Shown here: positions 9,035 to 18,420 of the stretch, piece by piece
Numbering within the stretch: the stretch's first letter is position 1
Layout: each line of letters opens with the position of its first letter
Source: a virus
Lineage: Duplodnaviria; Caudoviricetes
DNA length: 57,354 bases
IMG/VR virus record: IMGVR_UViG_3300001279_000002
Coordinates: 1 to 57,354 of that record
Direction: 5' to 3' (one strand)
Made by a program: the position numbers and the translations under genes
Notes under the pieces: model-generated
Databases searched by the model: none
Told to the model about the DNA's origin: nothing
What the model saw: only the letters and a program-made list of their open reading frames with translations

Positions 9035-9472
9035 TTAGCTTGCCGGATTAGGCTCAACCGGAATCGGGTCAGCTGCGGGAGCGGGCTCAACCGGCGCAGA
9101 CGGCGCGGCCGGAGTGTTGGCCACGATCGCAGCCGCCAGGGCGTCAGACGACGCGCCCAGGGAGGCGACAAGCGCCTGAACCTGGGCGATATCCTCGGGA
9201 GTGGTCGCCGAAGCCAGAGCAGCGGCGATCTGTGCAGTAAGCGCCTGCAGAAGGCGGACAGCTGAATTTTCGACGTCGGTGTTGCGCTGTACGGCGCCAG
9301 TTAAAGCCTGGATATCGGCCTGCATAATAAGCTCCTTTATTGTTACGGTGTTTAACGCTGACAGGACCTGCACAAGCAGGCTTGACACTGCGTCCAGCTT
9401 GGATTCTATGCGGTTGAATCGTGTGGTGAACTCAACGCCAGGAATAGCCGTTACAGTGGAATTGCGAGACAT
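9035..9472 (-). CDS. Hypothetical coiled-coil Ala-rich protein
   Basis: 145 aa; RBS at start, plus a second AAGGAG RBS before internal MQADIQ. Confidence 0.6.
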   Translation of the reverse strand: MSRNSTVTAIPGVEFTTRFNRIESKLDAVSSLLVQVLSALNTVTIKELIMQADIQALTGAVQRNTDVENSAVRLLQALTAQIAAALASATTPEDIAQVQALVASLGASSDALAAAIVANTPAAPSAPVEPAPAADPIPVEPNPAS

Positions 9473-9697
9473 GCAAGGGGCTCCTGTTTGAGGGACAGCG
9501 AGCGGGGCGCGACTCCCGCGATGGGCCTAGATTCCCGGCATGGCCGGTAGTTCCTTATCAATAGCGTGTCTGCTTCCACGCCGTCGCCGTCTGCGGAGGC
9601 CCTCCATAGAAGGGGCTTCGAAGGCGGCGCAGCTCCCCGGAAGACAAAAAACAGGAAGCTGCAGCCCTCACGGAACGCGAAACGAATCCGCGTCGCC

Positions 9698-10516
9698 TTA
9701 TCGTATCCCGCCATATATCAGGGGGAGGCTTGTTTTTGTTGCCAGCACCTCTATTTTTTCGCGCGTCGCTGCGAGAACGATGGGTTCCAAGCGGTGAAAT
9801 TTGACTTCAAAACTCAGTTTACTATTTGTGATTCTATACCGGAAAAGCAAGGACAAATCAAAGGTCTCTCCCCCCTCAAAGAGGGGAATGCGGATAACCA
9901 CGGCCTTAGGCACGACGATGTTTTTACCGTTCGACGACGGGCTGTCCTCCTCAAGGCATGTAAGCTGTGTGCAGCCGTTCGACAGCTTTATTTTGCTTTT
10001 TATGGACGATACGCGCGTCACGCTAAGATCGTTGACGAGTTCCGCCAGCGTCGCCGCGTCTGGGCTAATAACGTCCGCTCCGTTCTCCTCCAAAAACTCT
10101 GCAAATGCGTCCTGCCCAAGGAGCCTATTGTTGATTAGGCTCCAGACTAAGAACGAAGGCGACGGCTCAAACTCGTAACGAACTTTATGCTCTCCGCGCC
10201 CAACGCCACTAGGCCCAGATTCGCTGCTGTGGTAGTCGAGAACCGCGATTACCGACCCAGACTGCCCTGTGCGCCCAAAGATCATTGACCGCTCAAGGCT
10301 CTTAAAGGCGTCGACGTAGCGGATAAACGATTCGTCTGTGTCGACGTCGATGGTCTGAGAGATAAATTCCTTCTGGAGCAACACCTTGGGCAAGGTCTGC
10401 AACGTCGTCCCCTCCGGGACGGGGACGACAATGTCTCCGTTATCCCGGCGAATGGGAGCCACGAGCGTTTTTCCCGTTTCGAGTAACAGTCTGATCTGAT
10501 CTGCGGATATGTCCAT
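9698..10516 (-). CDS. DUF2303 (YfdQ-like) family protein
   Basis: ESFIRYV...AVLDYH...QDAFAEFLEEN...IPLFEGG...FRYRI; start refined to MDISAD after AGGAG. Confidence 0.75.
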   Translation of the reverse strand: MDISADQIRLLLETGKTLVAPIRRDNGDIVVPVPEGTTLQTLPKVLLQKEFISQTIDVDTDESFIRYVDAFKSLERSMIFGRTGQSGSVIAVLDYHSSESGPSGVGRGEHKVRYEFEPSPSFLVWSLINNRLLGQDAFAEFLEENGADVISPDAATLAELVNDLSVTRVSSIKSKIKLSNGCTQLTCLEEDSPSSNGKNIVVPKAVVIRIPLFEGGETFDLSLLFRYRITNSKLSFEVKFHRLEPIVLAATREKIEVLATKTSLPLIYGGIR

Positions 10517-10593
10517 GTGTGGGCGCTCCTGGGCGTAAGAAGGCGTGTTTTTACAAACTGGCGTATTGAATGCAGGGGTAAACCGAAAAGGCA

Positions 10594-10920
10594 TTAGTCC
10601 TTATGCAGCCGAACAGACGCCAGGGACGGGCGGTCTAAGTCAAGCCTCCCTTGTCTTGGGTCATTCCTGCCCAGGGAGTTATCATCTTGGACAAACATTA
10701 TCGTCGTTCCCCGCGCGGGGTCTGGGATAACGGCTTTGATTTTGGCGACAACCTGCACGGAGCCGTCTCCGTTAGGCGTTACTTCAATAGTAAGAGTCAA
10801 GGACCCCTTTTTATCAGTCGCCATAACGCCCTCAACCACACCAGCGAGACGACTGGTTAGATCGTCGACAACATTTCCGTGGTTTATTTCAGATAACACT
10901 TCAACAAATGATCTGGCCAT
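10594..10920 (-). CDS. Small conserved partner of DUF2303 protein (YfdP-like)
   Basis: KKGSLTLTIEV.P...L.RNDPRQ..L motif; usual neighbour of DUF2303. Confidence 0.65.
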   Translation of the reverse strand: MARSFVEVLSEINHGNVVDDLTSRLAGVVEGVMATDKKGSLTLTIEVTPNGDGSVQVVAKIKAVIPDPARGTTIMFVQDDNSLGRNDPRQGRLDLDRPSLASVRLHKD

Positions 10921-10928
10921 GATGTTCC

Positions 10929-11324
10929 TCACGATATGATGGGCTGCTCTGTTGTTTTTTTGCTTTCGTCAAGTTTCCAATATGAAAGCAACATGTCGCA
11001 AGGCACAAGCCCTTGCTCCATCCGGTTAAGCCACGCGCGGCTTACGCCAGCGGCGGAGGCGATCGCGCTTTGCGACAGGGCGGAGCGCCAACGCATGAGC
11101 CTACACCATTCAGGGGGCGTCAAAATCTCCTCTTCTGGGCTTTCTAACGCCTGCTCCCGAAGTTGATATTCCCAACGTGGTTCGCCCAGGGAGCGCGCAC
11201 GGGCGCGCTGCGACATGTTGACTCTGTCGCGCGCTATGCGGAGACGCTCTCCCGAAAAGATGGTCTCTCTGACGAAAAATTCTTCAGACACTCTTTGAAC
11301 TCCCGCTTGTTGAATGTACCCCAA
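10929..11324 (-). CDS. XRE-family HTH regulator (two HTH-like segments; start uncertain)
   Basis: LRIARDRVNMSQ and LSQSAIASAAGVSRAWLNRMEQG. Confidence 0.65.
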   Translation of the reverse strand: MGYIQQAGVQRVSEEFFVRETIFSGERLRIARDRVNMSQRARARSLGEPRWEYQLREQALESPEEEILTPPEWCRLMRWRSALSQSAIASAAGVSRAWLNRMEQGLVPCDMLLSYWKLDESKKTTEQPIIS

Positions 11325-11680
11325 TATCCGACAGCGGCGCCCACAAGTCTCGATTTGTCAACTTTCCCCAAACACAGAGCCGCCCAAGCCCCATCCAAGA
11401 TAAGCCACTCTCTGCCAACTTTCAGGACCACGCACACGAAACCCCCAAGCCGCGCGCGCCGCGCAATCCATGCCCTTTGTTGCGGTGAAAAGTGGTCGAC
11501 CGCAAGCGGCGTCGCTGGGCGGGCGGGCCAGCTTTCGACGTACTTAAGCTCTATCCACCCCAGAGTGCAATTAACGTCCGGGGTCCCTAGCCGCGCGCCA
11601 TTTTCAACGGATATGGCGTCAAGGGCGCGGAGGGCGTCAACAACAACCCTCCGCATTTGTGTGCGCTCATGCTCCGCCAT
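11234..11680 (-). CDS. PD-(D/E)XK nuclease, probable Holliday junction resolvase
   Basis: VEN....GTPDV.....WIELK...FSPQQRAW. Confidence 0.7.
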   Translation of the reverse strand: MAEHERTQMRRVVVDALRALDAISVENGARLGTPDVNCTLGWIELKYVESWPARPATPLAVDHFSPQQRAWIARRARLGGFVCVVLKVGREWLILDGAWAALCLGKVDKSRLVGAAVGYWGTFNKREFKECLKNFSSERPSFRESVSA

Positions 11681-11973
11681 TAGATCATGGCCCTTTTGGG
11701 CTCGCCCTCTGAAGCTGCAGAGGCGCGTGGTGTTTTCGTATTTGGCCGCAAACGAACTGCTATATACTCGAATATTCCAGCTTCTACAGAAACGCGACGT
11801 TGAAAAAGCCCCACTTCTCCGCGCGTGTACAAATCCCAGGCCGCCGCGCAGCTCCCTAGCTTATCCATGCCAATTGTTGCTGTCTGCCCCTTGTGGTATA
11901 TGAAGCGCTCTCCTGCTTTTGCACTTTTCGCCCACGCTATTAATCTTGCTGTTGTCGAACAGTCTACTTTCAT
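11680..11973 (-). CDS. Hypothetical protein
   Basis: GGAGG RBS before MKVDC; co-oriented and coupled. Confidence 0.55.
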   Translation of the reverse strand: MKVDCSTTARLIAWAKSAKAGERFIYHKGQTATIGMDKLGSCAAAWDLYTRGEVGLFQRRVSVEAGIFEYIAVRLRPNTKTPRASAASEGEPKRAMI

Positions 11974-12041
11974 ATGATCCTCCATTTTTTTAAAATGTAA
12001 CGCATAAAAAACGCGCTGATCAGGCACAACACGCATGCGTG

Positions 12042-14105
12042 TCAAACTATTTCGCCCCAGTTGGGGCCTATCTCAAGGTCAATTTTGAACGGGACAGAAG
12101 CTGTTACGGCGTTAGCGACAATGCGCGCGATAGCCTCCCCCTCTTCGCGGCTTTCTATCGACAGGTCCACCTCATCATGGACCTGCAGTTGCAGGAAATG
12201 CCCCGCGCGGTCAACGTCAATCATGGCCTTTTTCATCTGGTCTCCGCTGGAGCCCTGAATCAGGCGGTTGAGCGCTTTATGCGTCCACTCATAATTAACG
12301 GCGCGTATTTCGGCGACTTCCGCGCTGGCGTCGCCCTCGTTCGCAGCTTTGATTACGCGGCCCTCAGCTTTTTTAAGCTGACTTTCTTCCGGAAAGCGGC
12401 AACGCCGCCCAAGAACAGTAGTAAGATACCCGTCTCTGCGGGCAACTTTTTGGCACATCTTAGCCAACTCCCGAACAAAAGGGACTTTGCTATCAAATGT
12501 GTCAATGATGCGCTGGCCCTCTTCGCCCGCCACCTCCATTACTCTGGAGCCGTTCGCGATCGCCATTCGCCCAGCGGAGGAGTCAGGGTCAACTACGCTC
12601 CCCTTGTAGTACACAGCCCAGCGTGTTGGGAGGCCCATGTCACGGCACATCTTCGCGCCGCCCTCGCCATACATCAGGCCCAGGCCAAGCGCCTTGGCGT
12701 ACTTCCTGGGCAACCCGCTAATCTCCGCAATCATGGAATGGGAGTCGGTGGCGGGGTCCTCGTTGTAGCGGCGGACCATTTCGGCCGCGCCGCGCAGAGG
12801 AACGCCACGCCGTCGCGTTTTGTACGCGAAATGCACGGCCCATCGGGGTTCCTGCTGGGAGATGTCGGCGCAGCCCCAAAGGCGGCCCTCCTCCGGGATA
12901 TAGATCGATCGCCACGCCTTCGCGAAATCGTCCCGCGATGGCTGCGCCTGCAGGTTCGGGTCCTTCGACGACAACCGCCCAAAGCGCGCGCCCGCTTGGC
13001 CGCCTTCGCCGTCCTCGCTGTCCCCCTTAAGTTGGTTGAACGTCGTATGGATTCGGCCGTTCGTCGCGAACCGGCGAATACTCGTGGCGAACGTCGTCCG
13101 GAGCTTGTTCACTTTCCGCGCGTGGAGAAGCGCGGCGGCAGTTGGGTTTCCTGCGGCCTTCAACAGCGCGGAGTCTATCTTGAGCTGATTCGTCTTGTCC
13201 GTCCGAACGAGCTTCATTCCGATTGCAACAAGCGCCGGGGCGACGGCGTCAGGCTTCCACACGTCGCCGACTTCGATGCTGTGGCCGGTGACGTCCTTTA
13301 TCCGCGCCAGGGCCAGCGCCTCTTGTTCATAGGACCAGCTTTCAACGCGGGACAGCTGATCGAAGTCAATCCGCACTCCGCGTCGACGCATGCGCACAAG
13401 GACAGGCAACAAGTCGGACTCCAGGTCAAAAACCTGCTGGAGATTCTGAGCATCAATGTCCTTTTGTTGATGCGCCAATATTTTCATCGGCAGCCGCGCG
13501 TCGTCTTCGCCATATGGTCCGACATAGCGGGCGGCAAGCTTGTACATTTCCCCCTTAACGTTCTTCAACTGATAGACAGCGGCGGCCTCTTTCAGGAGCG
13601 CTTCGTTTTTACCGACGAACCCGCGCCGCTTGGCGATGGCGTCGAGCCCGTATTCGTGATGCAGCTCATAGATTAATGAATCCGCTATCATCACGTCGCG
13701 GAAGTGGCTGACTCTCGGAAACAGGACGCCATAATTTGCCGCCCAATCCAGATCATAGGATAGGTTTTGCCCAACGATCTCGCCTGTGAACGCGTCAGAC
13801 TGCGCGCGCAGGTACGCCCAGGCTTGCGCCTCGTCTTCCACATTGTCGCCGCCCTCATGGCTTAGCGGGACGTAATGATAGGGACCGTCTTCTATCGCGA
13901 AGGAAAACCCGACGACACGGCCGCCAGGGCGCCGGGGGCCTGGGCCAAGCCCCTTGAACGTTTCCTTGCCTATTTTATGCGACCGCAAAAACGGGTCTTT
14001 GGTTTCAACGTCAAATCCAATGCGCCGCGCGCCTGCCCAGGTGGGCAAATCAGCGATGCGCGGAGGCCGCCAATCGGAGACGGGGGGAAACAGATCAAAC
14101 TGCAT
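12042..14105 (-). CDS. polA: DNA polymerase family A with 3'-5' exonuclease domain
   Basis: ExoI FDVET, ExoII NLSYD, GRLSSKDPNLQ, motif A DISQQEPR, motif B RKYAKALGLGLMYG, motif C QVHDE. Confidence 0.95.
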   Translation of the reverse strand: MQFDLFPPVSDWRPPRIADLPTWAGARRIGFDVETKDPFLRSHKIGKETFKGLGPGPRRPGGRVVGFSFAIEDGPYHYVPLSHEGGDNVEDEAQAWAYLRAQSDAFTGEIVGQNLSYDLDWAANYGVLFPRVSHFRDVMIADSLIYELHHEYGLDAIAKRRGFVGKNEALLKEAAAVYQLKNVKGEMYKLAARYVGPYGEDDARLPMKILAHQQKDIDAQNLQQVFDLESDLLPVLVRMRRRGVRIDFDQLSRVESWSYEQEALALARIKDVTGHSIEVGDVWKPDAVAPALVAIGMKLVRTDKTNQLKIDSALLKAAGNPTAAALLHARKVNKLRTTFATSIRRFATNGRIHTTFNQLKGDSEDGEGGQAGARFGRLSSKDPNLQAQPSRDDFAKAWRSIYIPEEGRLWGCADISQQEPRWAVHFAYKTRRRGVPLRGAAEMVRRYNEDPATDSHSMIAEISGLPRKYAKALGLGLMYGEGGAKMCRDMGLPTRWAVYYKGSVVDPDSSAGRMAIANGSRVMEVAGEEGQRIIDTFDSKVPFVRELAKMCQKVARRDGYLTTVLGRRCRFPEESQLKKAEGRVIKAANEGDASAEVAEIRAVNYEWTHKALNRLIQGSSGDQMKKAMIDVDRAGHFLQLQVHDEVDLSIESREEGEAIARIVANAVTASVPFKIDLEIGPNWGEIV

Positions 14106-14649
14106 GGACGCCCCCCCTCTTCGTTATTGCCTTTTTAAGCTGTTTTGGGGGGACGTCTGAGAACATCAAAATATGCGTCTCCCCGTCGCGGAGTTCTTCC
14201 CGCAACCCCCAACCATAATCAATGTGTTGCGTCCGAATAAGTTTGTACGCGCGCCATTCGATATTATGCGGGGCTATGCCTCTCATAATATCGAAATCTT
14301 CAACAATATCTTTTATGCGTTCGAATGTTTCCCCCACCGTGAGGGCCATTTGCACACGCCAATATAACGTATTAGGGGTGGATAGCGCCGGGGCGCCGTC
14401 ATGTCGGCCGTTCGGCGGGTAGCGCCAAACCTTTTGGCGGGGTTTTCTGCGCCTGACGATGGCCTCCGTAGCAGAGATAAGGCCGCATAGCGCCATGAGG
14501 CGCAGACAGCGCTTTCTCCCAGAAGCCAGCGACGAAAAGCGCTTCGTTTCTGGCTCGCCACACCTAACGGCTAATGTGTTGAAATACAGCACTAGCTTTT
14601 TTCCATGAAGGCCATCCAGCTGGGCCTTCGCTTTTTCGTGGCTGATCAT
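14095..14649 (-). CDS. Hypothetical basic protein
   Basis: 184 aa, overlaps polymerase start. Confidence 0.55.
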   Translation of the reverse strand: MISHEKAKAQLDGLHGKKLVLYFNTLAVRCGEPETKRFSSLASGRKRCLRLMALCGLISATEAIVRRRKPRQKVWRYPPNGRHDGAPALSTPNTLYWRVQMALTVGETFERIKDIVEDFDIMRGIAPHNIEWRAYKLIRTQHIDYGWGLREELRDGETHILMFSDVPPKQLKKAITKRGGVHAV

Positions 14650-14715
14650 ATTCGATTCCCTCCATGCGTGGAGGGTGCACTTTACAATGGCCGAAACGGT
14701 TCGGCAAGTGTAAAT

Positions 14716-15075
14716 TTACAACGGCTGAACGGAAACAGGATCGTAATAGACCATGTATCCGGCGTGTGATCCCTTTGTGATGACAACACCTATATCTTTC
14801 AAAGCCTTACGCATTTTTGACACGGTCACGCGGATGCACGCAGAGCCATTCCCAGGCTCATCACGTTGGCCGTAAACATATCCAAGGAGAGATAAAATTG
14901 TTAACGGCCTACCGTGCGACCACAGGGCGTAAAGAATTTCCGCCTCCATGGGCGTTAGGCTCGCGCGCCCCATGGGAGTCACGACGGAGTTGCGGTTAAT
15001 ATCCACTTTGAGGGAAGGAGATTCAAAGGGCCGGCCGCAACAGGGGCATGTTGCAGCGTTAGTGTTGTAGGGCAT
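14716..15075 (-). CDS. OmpR/PhoB-type winged-helix DNA-binding protein
   Basis: LTPMEAEILYAL...LLGYVYG...IRVTVSKMRKAL...GY; N-terminal CPCCG knuckle. Confidence 0.75.
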   Translation of the reverse strand: MPYNTNAATCPCCGRPFESPSLKVDINRNSVVTPMGRASLTPMEAEILYALWSHGRPLTILSLLGYVYGQRDEPGNGSACIRVTVSKMRKALKDIGVVITKGSHAGYMVYYDPVSVQPL

Positions 15076-15151
15076 GGCTCTCTCCGGTGTTTTTCGGGAA
15101 AACCATGCCACTTTGGCGGAGCGCCGTGCAGGATAAACAAGCGTGTGCGGG

Positions 15152-15712
15152 TCAGTTGTCGCCAAACTTTATGTCTGGCCATGCATCAACAAGGGCCTGC
15201 ATGACAGCCTCCCCCTGGCGCTGCATAAAAATATCCCGAACAATTCCGCCTTTCTCCGCCATCCGCGCCGCCTCAAGATAAGCGCCCAAGATGGCGGCCT
15301 CGTTGAAGGGGGCAGGGCCTGATCGCCGGTTCCACGGCTTAAAGTGAAGTAGCTCCCTCGGGTCTGGCCACACGCCCTGAAATTGAACCACCCTGTCGTC
15401 GAGGCCGACGAAGGCCGGGGGCTTCTCTCGTGGCCATTCCACTTGCGCGTATACATGGGAGGCGCGATCCTCGCCCAGGGAGGCCGTAAGCCAGCGGAGG
15501 AGGGCTTGTCGCATGGCGTCGCCGCCGCCAGGGAGATTAGAGCGACTGGAGAAAATCCCGACGCGGAATAGCTCCACGGCTTCGTCAAGAAACTTCGCCA
15601 TGCCCTCTGTTGGGCTGTCGTTGATGACGGCGGCGCCCTGCCAGCCGTTTCCGTAAGCCGAAACGCAACCGTCCCAGTCGAGAGACAAATAAGGCTTATG
15701 ATTTCCATTCAT
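15152..15712 (-). CDS. HAD-superfamily phosphatase-like protein
   Basis: LDWDG motif I, FSSR motif II, KPPA..LDDR motifs III/IV. Confidence 0.75.
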   Translation of the reverse strand: MNGNHKPYLSLDWDGCVSAYGNGWQGAAVINDSPTEGMAKFLDEAVELFRVGIFSSRSNLPGGGDAMRQALLRWLTASLGEDRASHVYAQVEWPREKPPAFVGLDDRVVQFQGVWPDPRELLHFKPWNRRSGPAPFNEAAILGAYLEAARMAEKGGIVRDIFMQRQGEAVMQALVDAWPDIKFGDN

Positions 15713-15930
15713 TTCAGGGCGTCCTTCCTGGCGCTTATCCCAGCAATACGCTGGTCCGCCTGCTTTCCTGCGTCATCAACGGCCTGTTGCGCCTCGCCAA
15801 TAAGCCACTCGTCGTTATGGGGGGATGTCCCCGCATCGGTGAATACGGGAATTGTGCGCTCACCTGGGCCTATTCGGATTCTACCGATAAGCCGTTCTCG
15901 TGTATTGGTTGTTGTCATATTGGGCTCCAT
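15709..15930 (-). CDS. Hypothetical protein
   Basis: Short co-oriented ORF filling the operon gap with ATGA overlap. Confidence 0.45.
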   Translation of the reverse strand: MEPNMTTTNTRERLIGRIRIGPGERTIPVFTDAGTSPHNDEWLIGEAQQAVDDAGKQADQRIAGISARKDALK

Positions 15931-15937
15931 TTCTAGT

Positions 15938-17383
15938 TTAGAACACGTTTGCCGTAGCGATAGCCTTACTTTCGTTAAGCTCCAGCGAGAGTTTTTGAAT
16001 AAGCATCACGTCGCCAGGGACAAGATTACCTTCTGGCATAAAACACAGCCCCCGTACGCGGCGGCCGTTTTTGTCAAGCTGGTAAACGTTCATTTGCCTA
16101 CCGCGCGTTATGCGATAGGTTTTTCCAGAGCTCCCGCCCATGACGTCAAAGCAGCCGTTTGCGTCGAGCTGGGAAAGCTGGCTGTCCGACAGGTTTTCGC
16201 GGAGAAGCTTTTCAGCGCGCGCCTCCGCCGCAGTCTCCCGGACGCGGGCGGCGCCGTAAAACGACGGAAAGCGCATGAGCTGCTCACGCGCAATGTACCC
16301 CGTGCATTCGGGGCCGTTGTTTACGATTCCCATGCCATACGTCGCAGCGTCTTCCATGGCGCGGAGATGCGCGTCAGACAGACCTCCTTGGAGTTCTCCC
16401 GGCGTAAGGGGAAGCTGGCCGCCCATGAGCGCCGCAAGCGTCTGACGGTTAAGGTCACGCGCCAAGTTGCGCAATAGGTCCTGCTGGGCTGCTACAGGAT
16501 CACGGCGCTGATACGCCGCCGCCATATCCCAACGCTGTTCATATTGCGCGCGCCACCCCTGGCGATCGCGCGCCGCATTCTCTTGCCTGCGCGGCTGGCC
16601 GGGGCCTCCGCCCCAATCGCAAAAATATGGGTCCGCCAGCGCTATGCCCATGGCCGCCTCCTGCTCAATGTCCGGCGATGGGAACACCTGGGCAAGCATG
16701 GCGCGAATGGTTTCCGCCCAGCTGGCTGTCTGCGGCGTGATGTGCGCCAGATCGATGGCGCGTTTCGCTACGTCGCACGCCGCGCGCAAATAGAAGTTGC
16801 GGCGGCCCTCATGGTGAAGCAGCGCCTGCATGAGCGCCGCAGGCGTCGGATGTAGGCGCGTGAACACATCCTGATCCGGACGCCAGGACCACGCGGAGGC
16901 GTCCCCACGCTCACGGTGAAACGCCGCCCCCACGTCCGACAGGCGCGAAACGTGGGAAGGGGAGAGCGGATATGACAGAATAGCCGCAGTAGCAGAGGGC
17001 GCCATAATGTCAGAAGAGGGAAGAACAGCCTCGCTATGCGCTCTTTCCGCGCATCTCCGCATTTCACGGATGTCTGCCCTGAAGTCCTGATTGACGTGTT
17101 TGGCGTAGGCGCTTGACCAAAGCGCCAGGATGGCAGGGGCGGAGACGAAAGCGAAGTCGCGCGCGCTGAACTCGAACGCTGTGAATGATAGGTCGACCCG
17201 TTCGCCAGAGGCAAAAGAAACCCGCGTGCAGACACGATACTGCGCCTCATCCTCCCACACATCGAACGATGCAGGGGGAGGGAAAAACGTGATTCCATCT
17301 CCCCCTTTCCTATCGATGTATTGACGAAAAGCGTCTTCAAACGCCTGTGCAATGTGTTCTGTTTTCTCCGCACGCGACGCCAT
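15938..17383 (-). CDS. Hypothetical protein with C-terminal Cys-containing domain; partner of the GG-ending protein
   Basis: 481 aa; C-terminal ~95 aa AEKLLRENLSDSQ...TYRI...NVYQLD...GLCFMPEGNLVPGDVMLIQKLSLE...AN; starts 1 nt after the upstream stop. Confidence 0.7.
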   Translation of the reverse strand: MASRAEKTEHIAQAFEDAFRQYIDRKGGDGITFFPPPASFDVWEDEAQYRVCTRVSFASGERVDLSFTAFEFSARDFAFVSAPAILALWSSAYAKHVNQDFRADIREMRRCAERAHSEAVLPSSDIMAPSATAAILSYPLSPSHVSRLSDVGAAFHRERGDASAWSWRPDQDVFTRLHPTPAALMQALLHHEGRRNFYLRAACDVAKRAIDLAHITPQTASWAETIRAMLAQVFPSPDIEQEAAMGIALADPYFCDWGGGPGQPRRQENAARDRQGWRAQYEQRWDMAAAYQRRDPVAAQQDLLRNLARDLNRQTLAALMGGQLPLTPGELQGGLSDAHLRAMEDAATYGMGIVNNGPECTGYIAREQLMRFPSFYGAARVRETAAEARAEKLLRENLSDSQLSQLDANGCFDVMGGSSGKTYRITRGRQMNVYQLDKNGRRVRGLCFMPEGNLVPGDVMLIQKLSLELNESKAIATANVF

Positions 17384-17384
17384 G

Positions 17385-17606
17385 TCAGCCCCCAATGAGA
17401 TGGGGGAGCATGATTATTTTCGTGGCCGTACGGTCAAACGCCTGGATTATGCGCTTGTTGTCGGGGTCCGAGACGTCGGCCGCCGCGTAACCTTTGGCGC
17501 GCAGATCGTTGAAGACGGCCATGCAGCTGGAAACGGCCGCGTCGTCATCGGCCGTGAACTCCATGCGCGTGTCTCCGGAGGCGTCTGGGATTATGAGCTG
17601 TGGCAT
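17385..17606 (-). CDS. Small protein ending in di-glycine (ubiquitin-like/sulfur-carrier-like candidate)
   Basis: 73 aa MPQLIIPDASGDTRMEF...IIMLPHLIGG-stop; AAGGAG RBS; own promoter. Confidence 0.7.
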   Translation of the reverse strand: MPQLIIPDASGDTRMEFTADDDAAVSSCMAVFNDLRAKGYAAADVSDPDNKRIIQAFDRTATKIIMLPHLIGG

Positions 17607-17633
17607 GTGGCGTGACTCCTTTGTTGAGTGGCG

Positions 17634-17662
17634 AGAATGGCCCTGTTTTCGGCCATTGTAAA
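17634..17662 (-). promoter_or_regulatory. Phage consensus promoter copy (TTTACA-ATGGCCGAA..-CATTCT)
   Basis: Same motif as at 32200, 49904, 52666, 54610, 56663; 17-bp spacer. Confidence 0.7.
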
Positions 17663-17669
17663 GCATGCT

Positions 17670-17915
17670 TTACGCGAACCCGTAAAATCTCCCAACGCGC
17701 CAGAGATTGTTCGCCGCCGCCTTCGAGTGGAAAACCAACAGCGGATCAAGCACGCCCTTAGCGAGCTCCTCCGGCGTCGGGGCCTCAAGGCGGCCGCCGC
17801 GCCGCATGACGTTAACCGCCGTGCACGCCGTGCAAACGGTAAGATCGCCGGTTTTCGGTTTCTGTCGGGGAGTCCACTGCGGAACGTCTTTGCATACAAA
17901 ACAATGAGTTGTCAT
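17670..17915 (-). CDS. Small zinc-finger hypothetical protein
   Basis: CFVC and CTAC pairs. Confidence 0.5.
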   Translation of the reverse strand: MTTHCFVCKDVPQWTPRQKPKTGDLTVCTACTAVNVMRRGGRLEAPTPEELAKGVLDPLLVFHSKAAANNLWRVGRFYGFA

Positions 17916-18364
17916 CGTTGCGCCCCTCCCTTTGGCGCGTTCTTCGCATAAATGATGCGCGTCACTTTGCCCAGACTAACGCCAGCTTGACAGGCTGTGC
18001 CCCTCAAACTGAGGTGCATGTCAAAAAACATGCGCCGCACGTCCGCCGCTTGCGCAGCTGTATACATGGCGCGCTCCGGAACGCCCCTATAAACATCAGG
18101 GTCGCGTTTTCCAAAGATGTCGGTCGTATAGCAAAAGACTGAGCAAAATCGCTTTTGATGACGCGCCAGCTTGTTAGAACACCCCTCGCATTCGCAGTAA
18201 CGAGGGGCTTTGCGCCGGTCAGCTTTGGGCAGGCGGCGCGCGGCGCGACGCGTTTCATAATAGGCCCTTTGGTGAGCCTGACAGCAGAACAGTTTATTGA
18301 TCTTTCCCGCGCTTGTTTTTTGCAAGGGCGCGCTGCAGTGGTAGCATCTTGGTTCTTGGAGCAT
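17912..18364 (-). CDS. Zinc-finger plus HTH hypothetical protein
   Basis: CYHC..FCCQAH, CECEGC..FCSVFC, C-terminal SLRGTACQAGVSLGKV. Confidence 0.55.
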   Translation of the reverse strand: MLQEPRCYHCSAPLQKTSAGKINKLFCCQAHQRAYYETRRAARRLPKADRRKAPRYCECEGCSNKLARHQKRFCSVFCYTTDIFGKRDPDVYRGVPERAMYTAAQAADVRRMFFDMHLSLRGTACQAGVSLGKVTRIIYAKNAPKGGAQR

Positions 18365-18420
18365 GGGATAACCATAAGGAAACGCCCCTAAAACAGGGGC
18401 GCTTCGGTTTAATTTTAGGG

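Noticed and set aside
12039-13676. Long antisense ORFs (also 28214-29857, 46270-47724, 49986-50909)
   Set aside because: Shadow frames opposite well-supported genes in GC-rich DNA; no motifs or RBS
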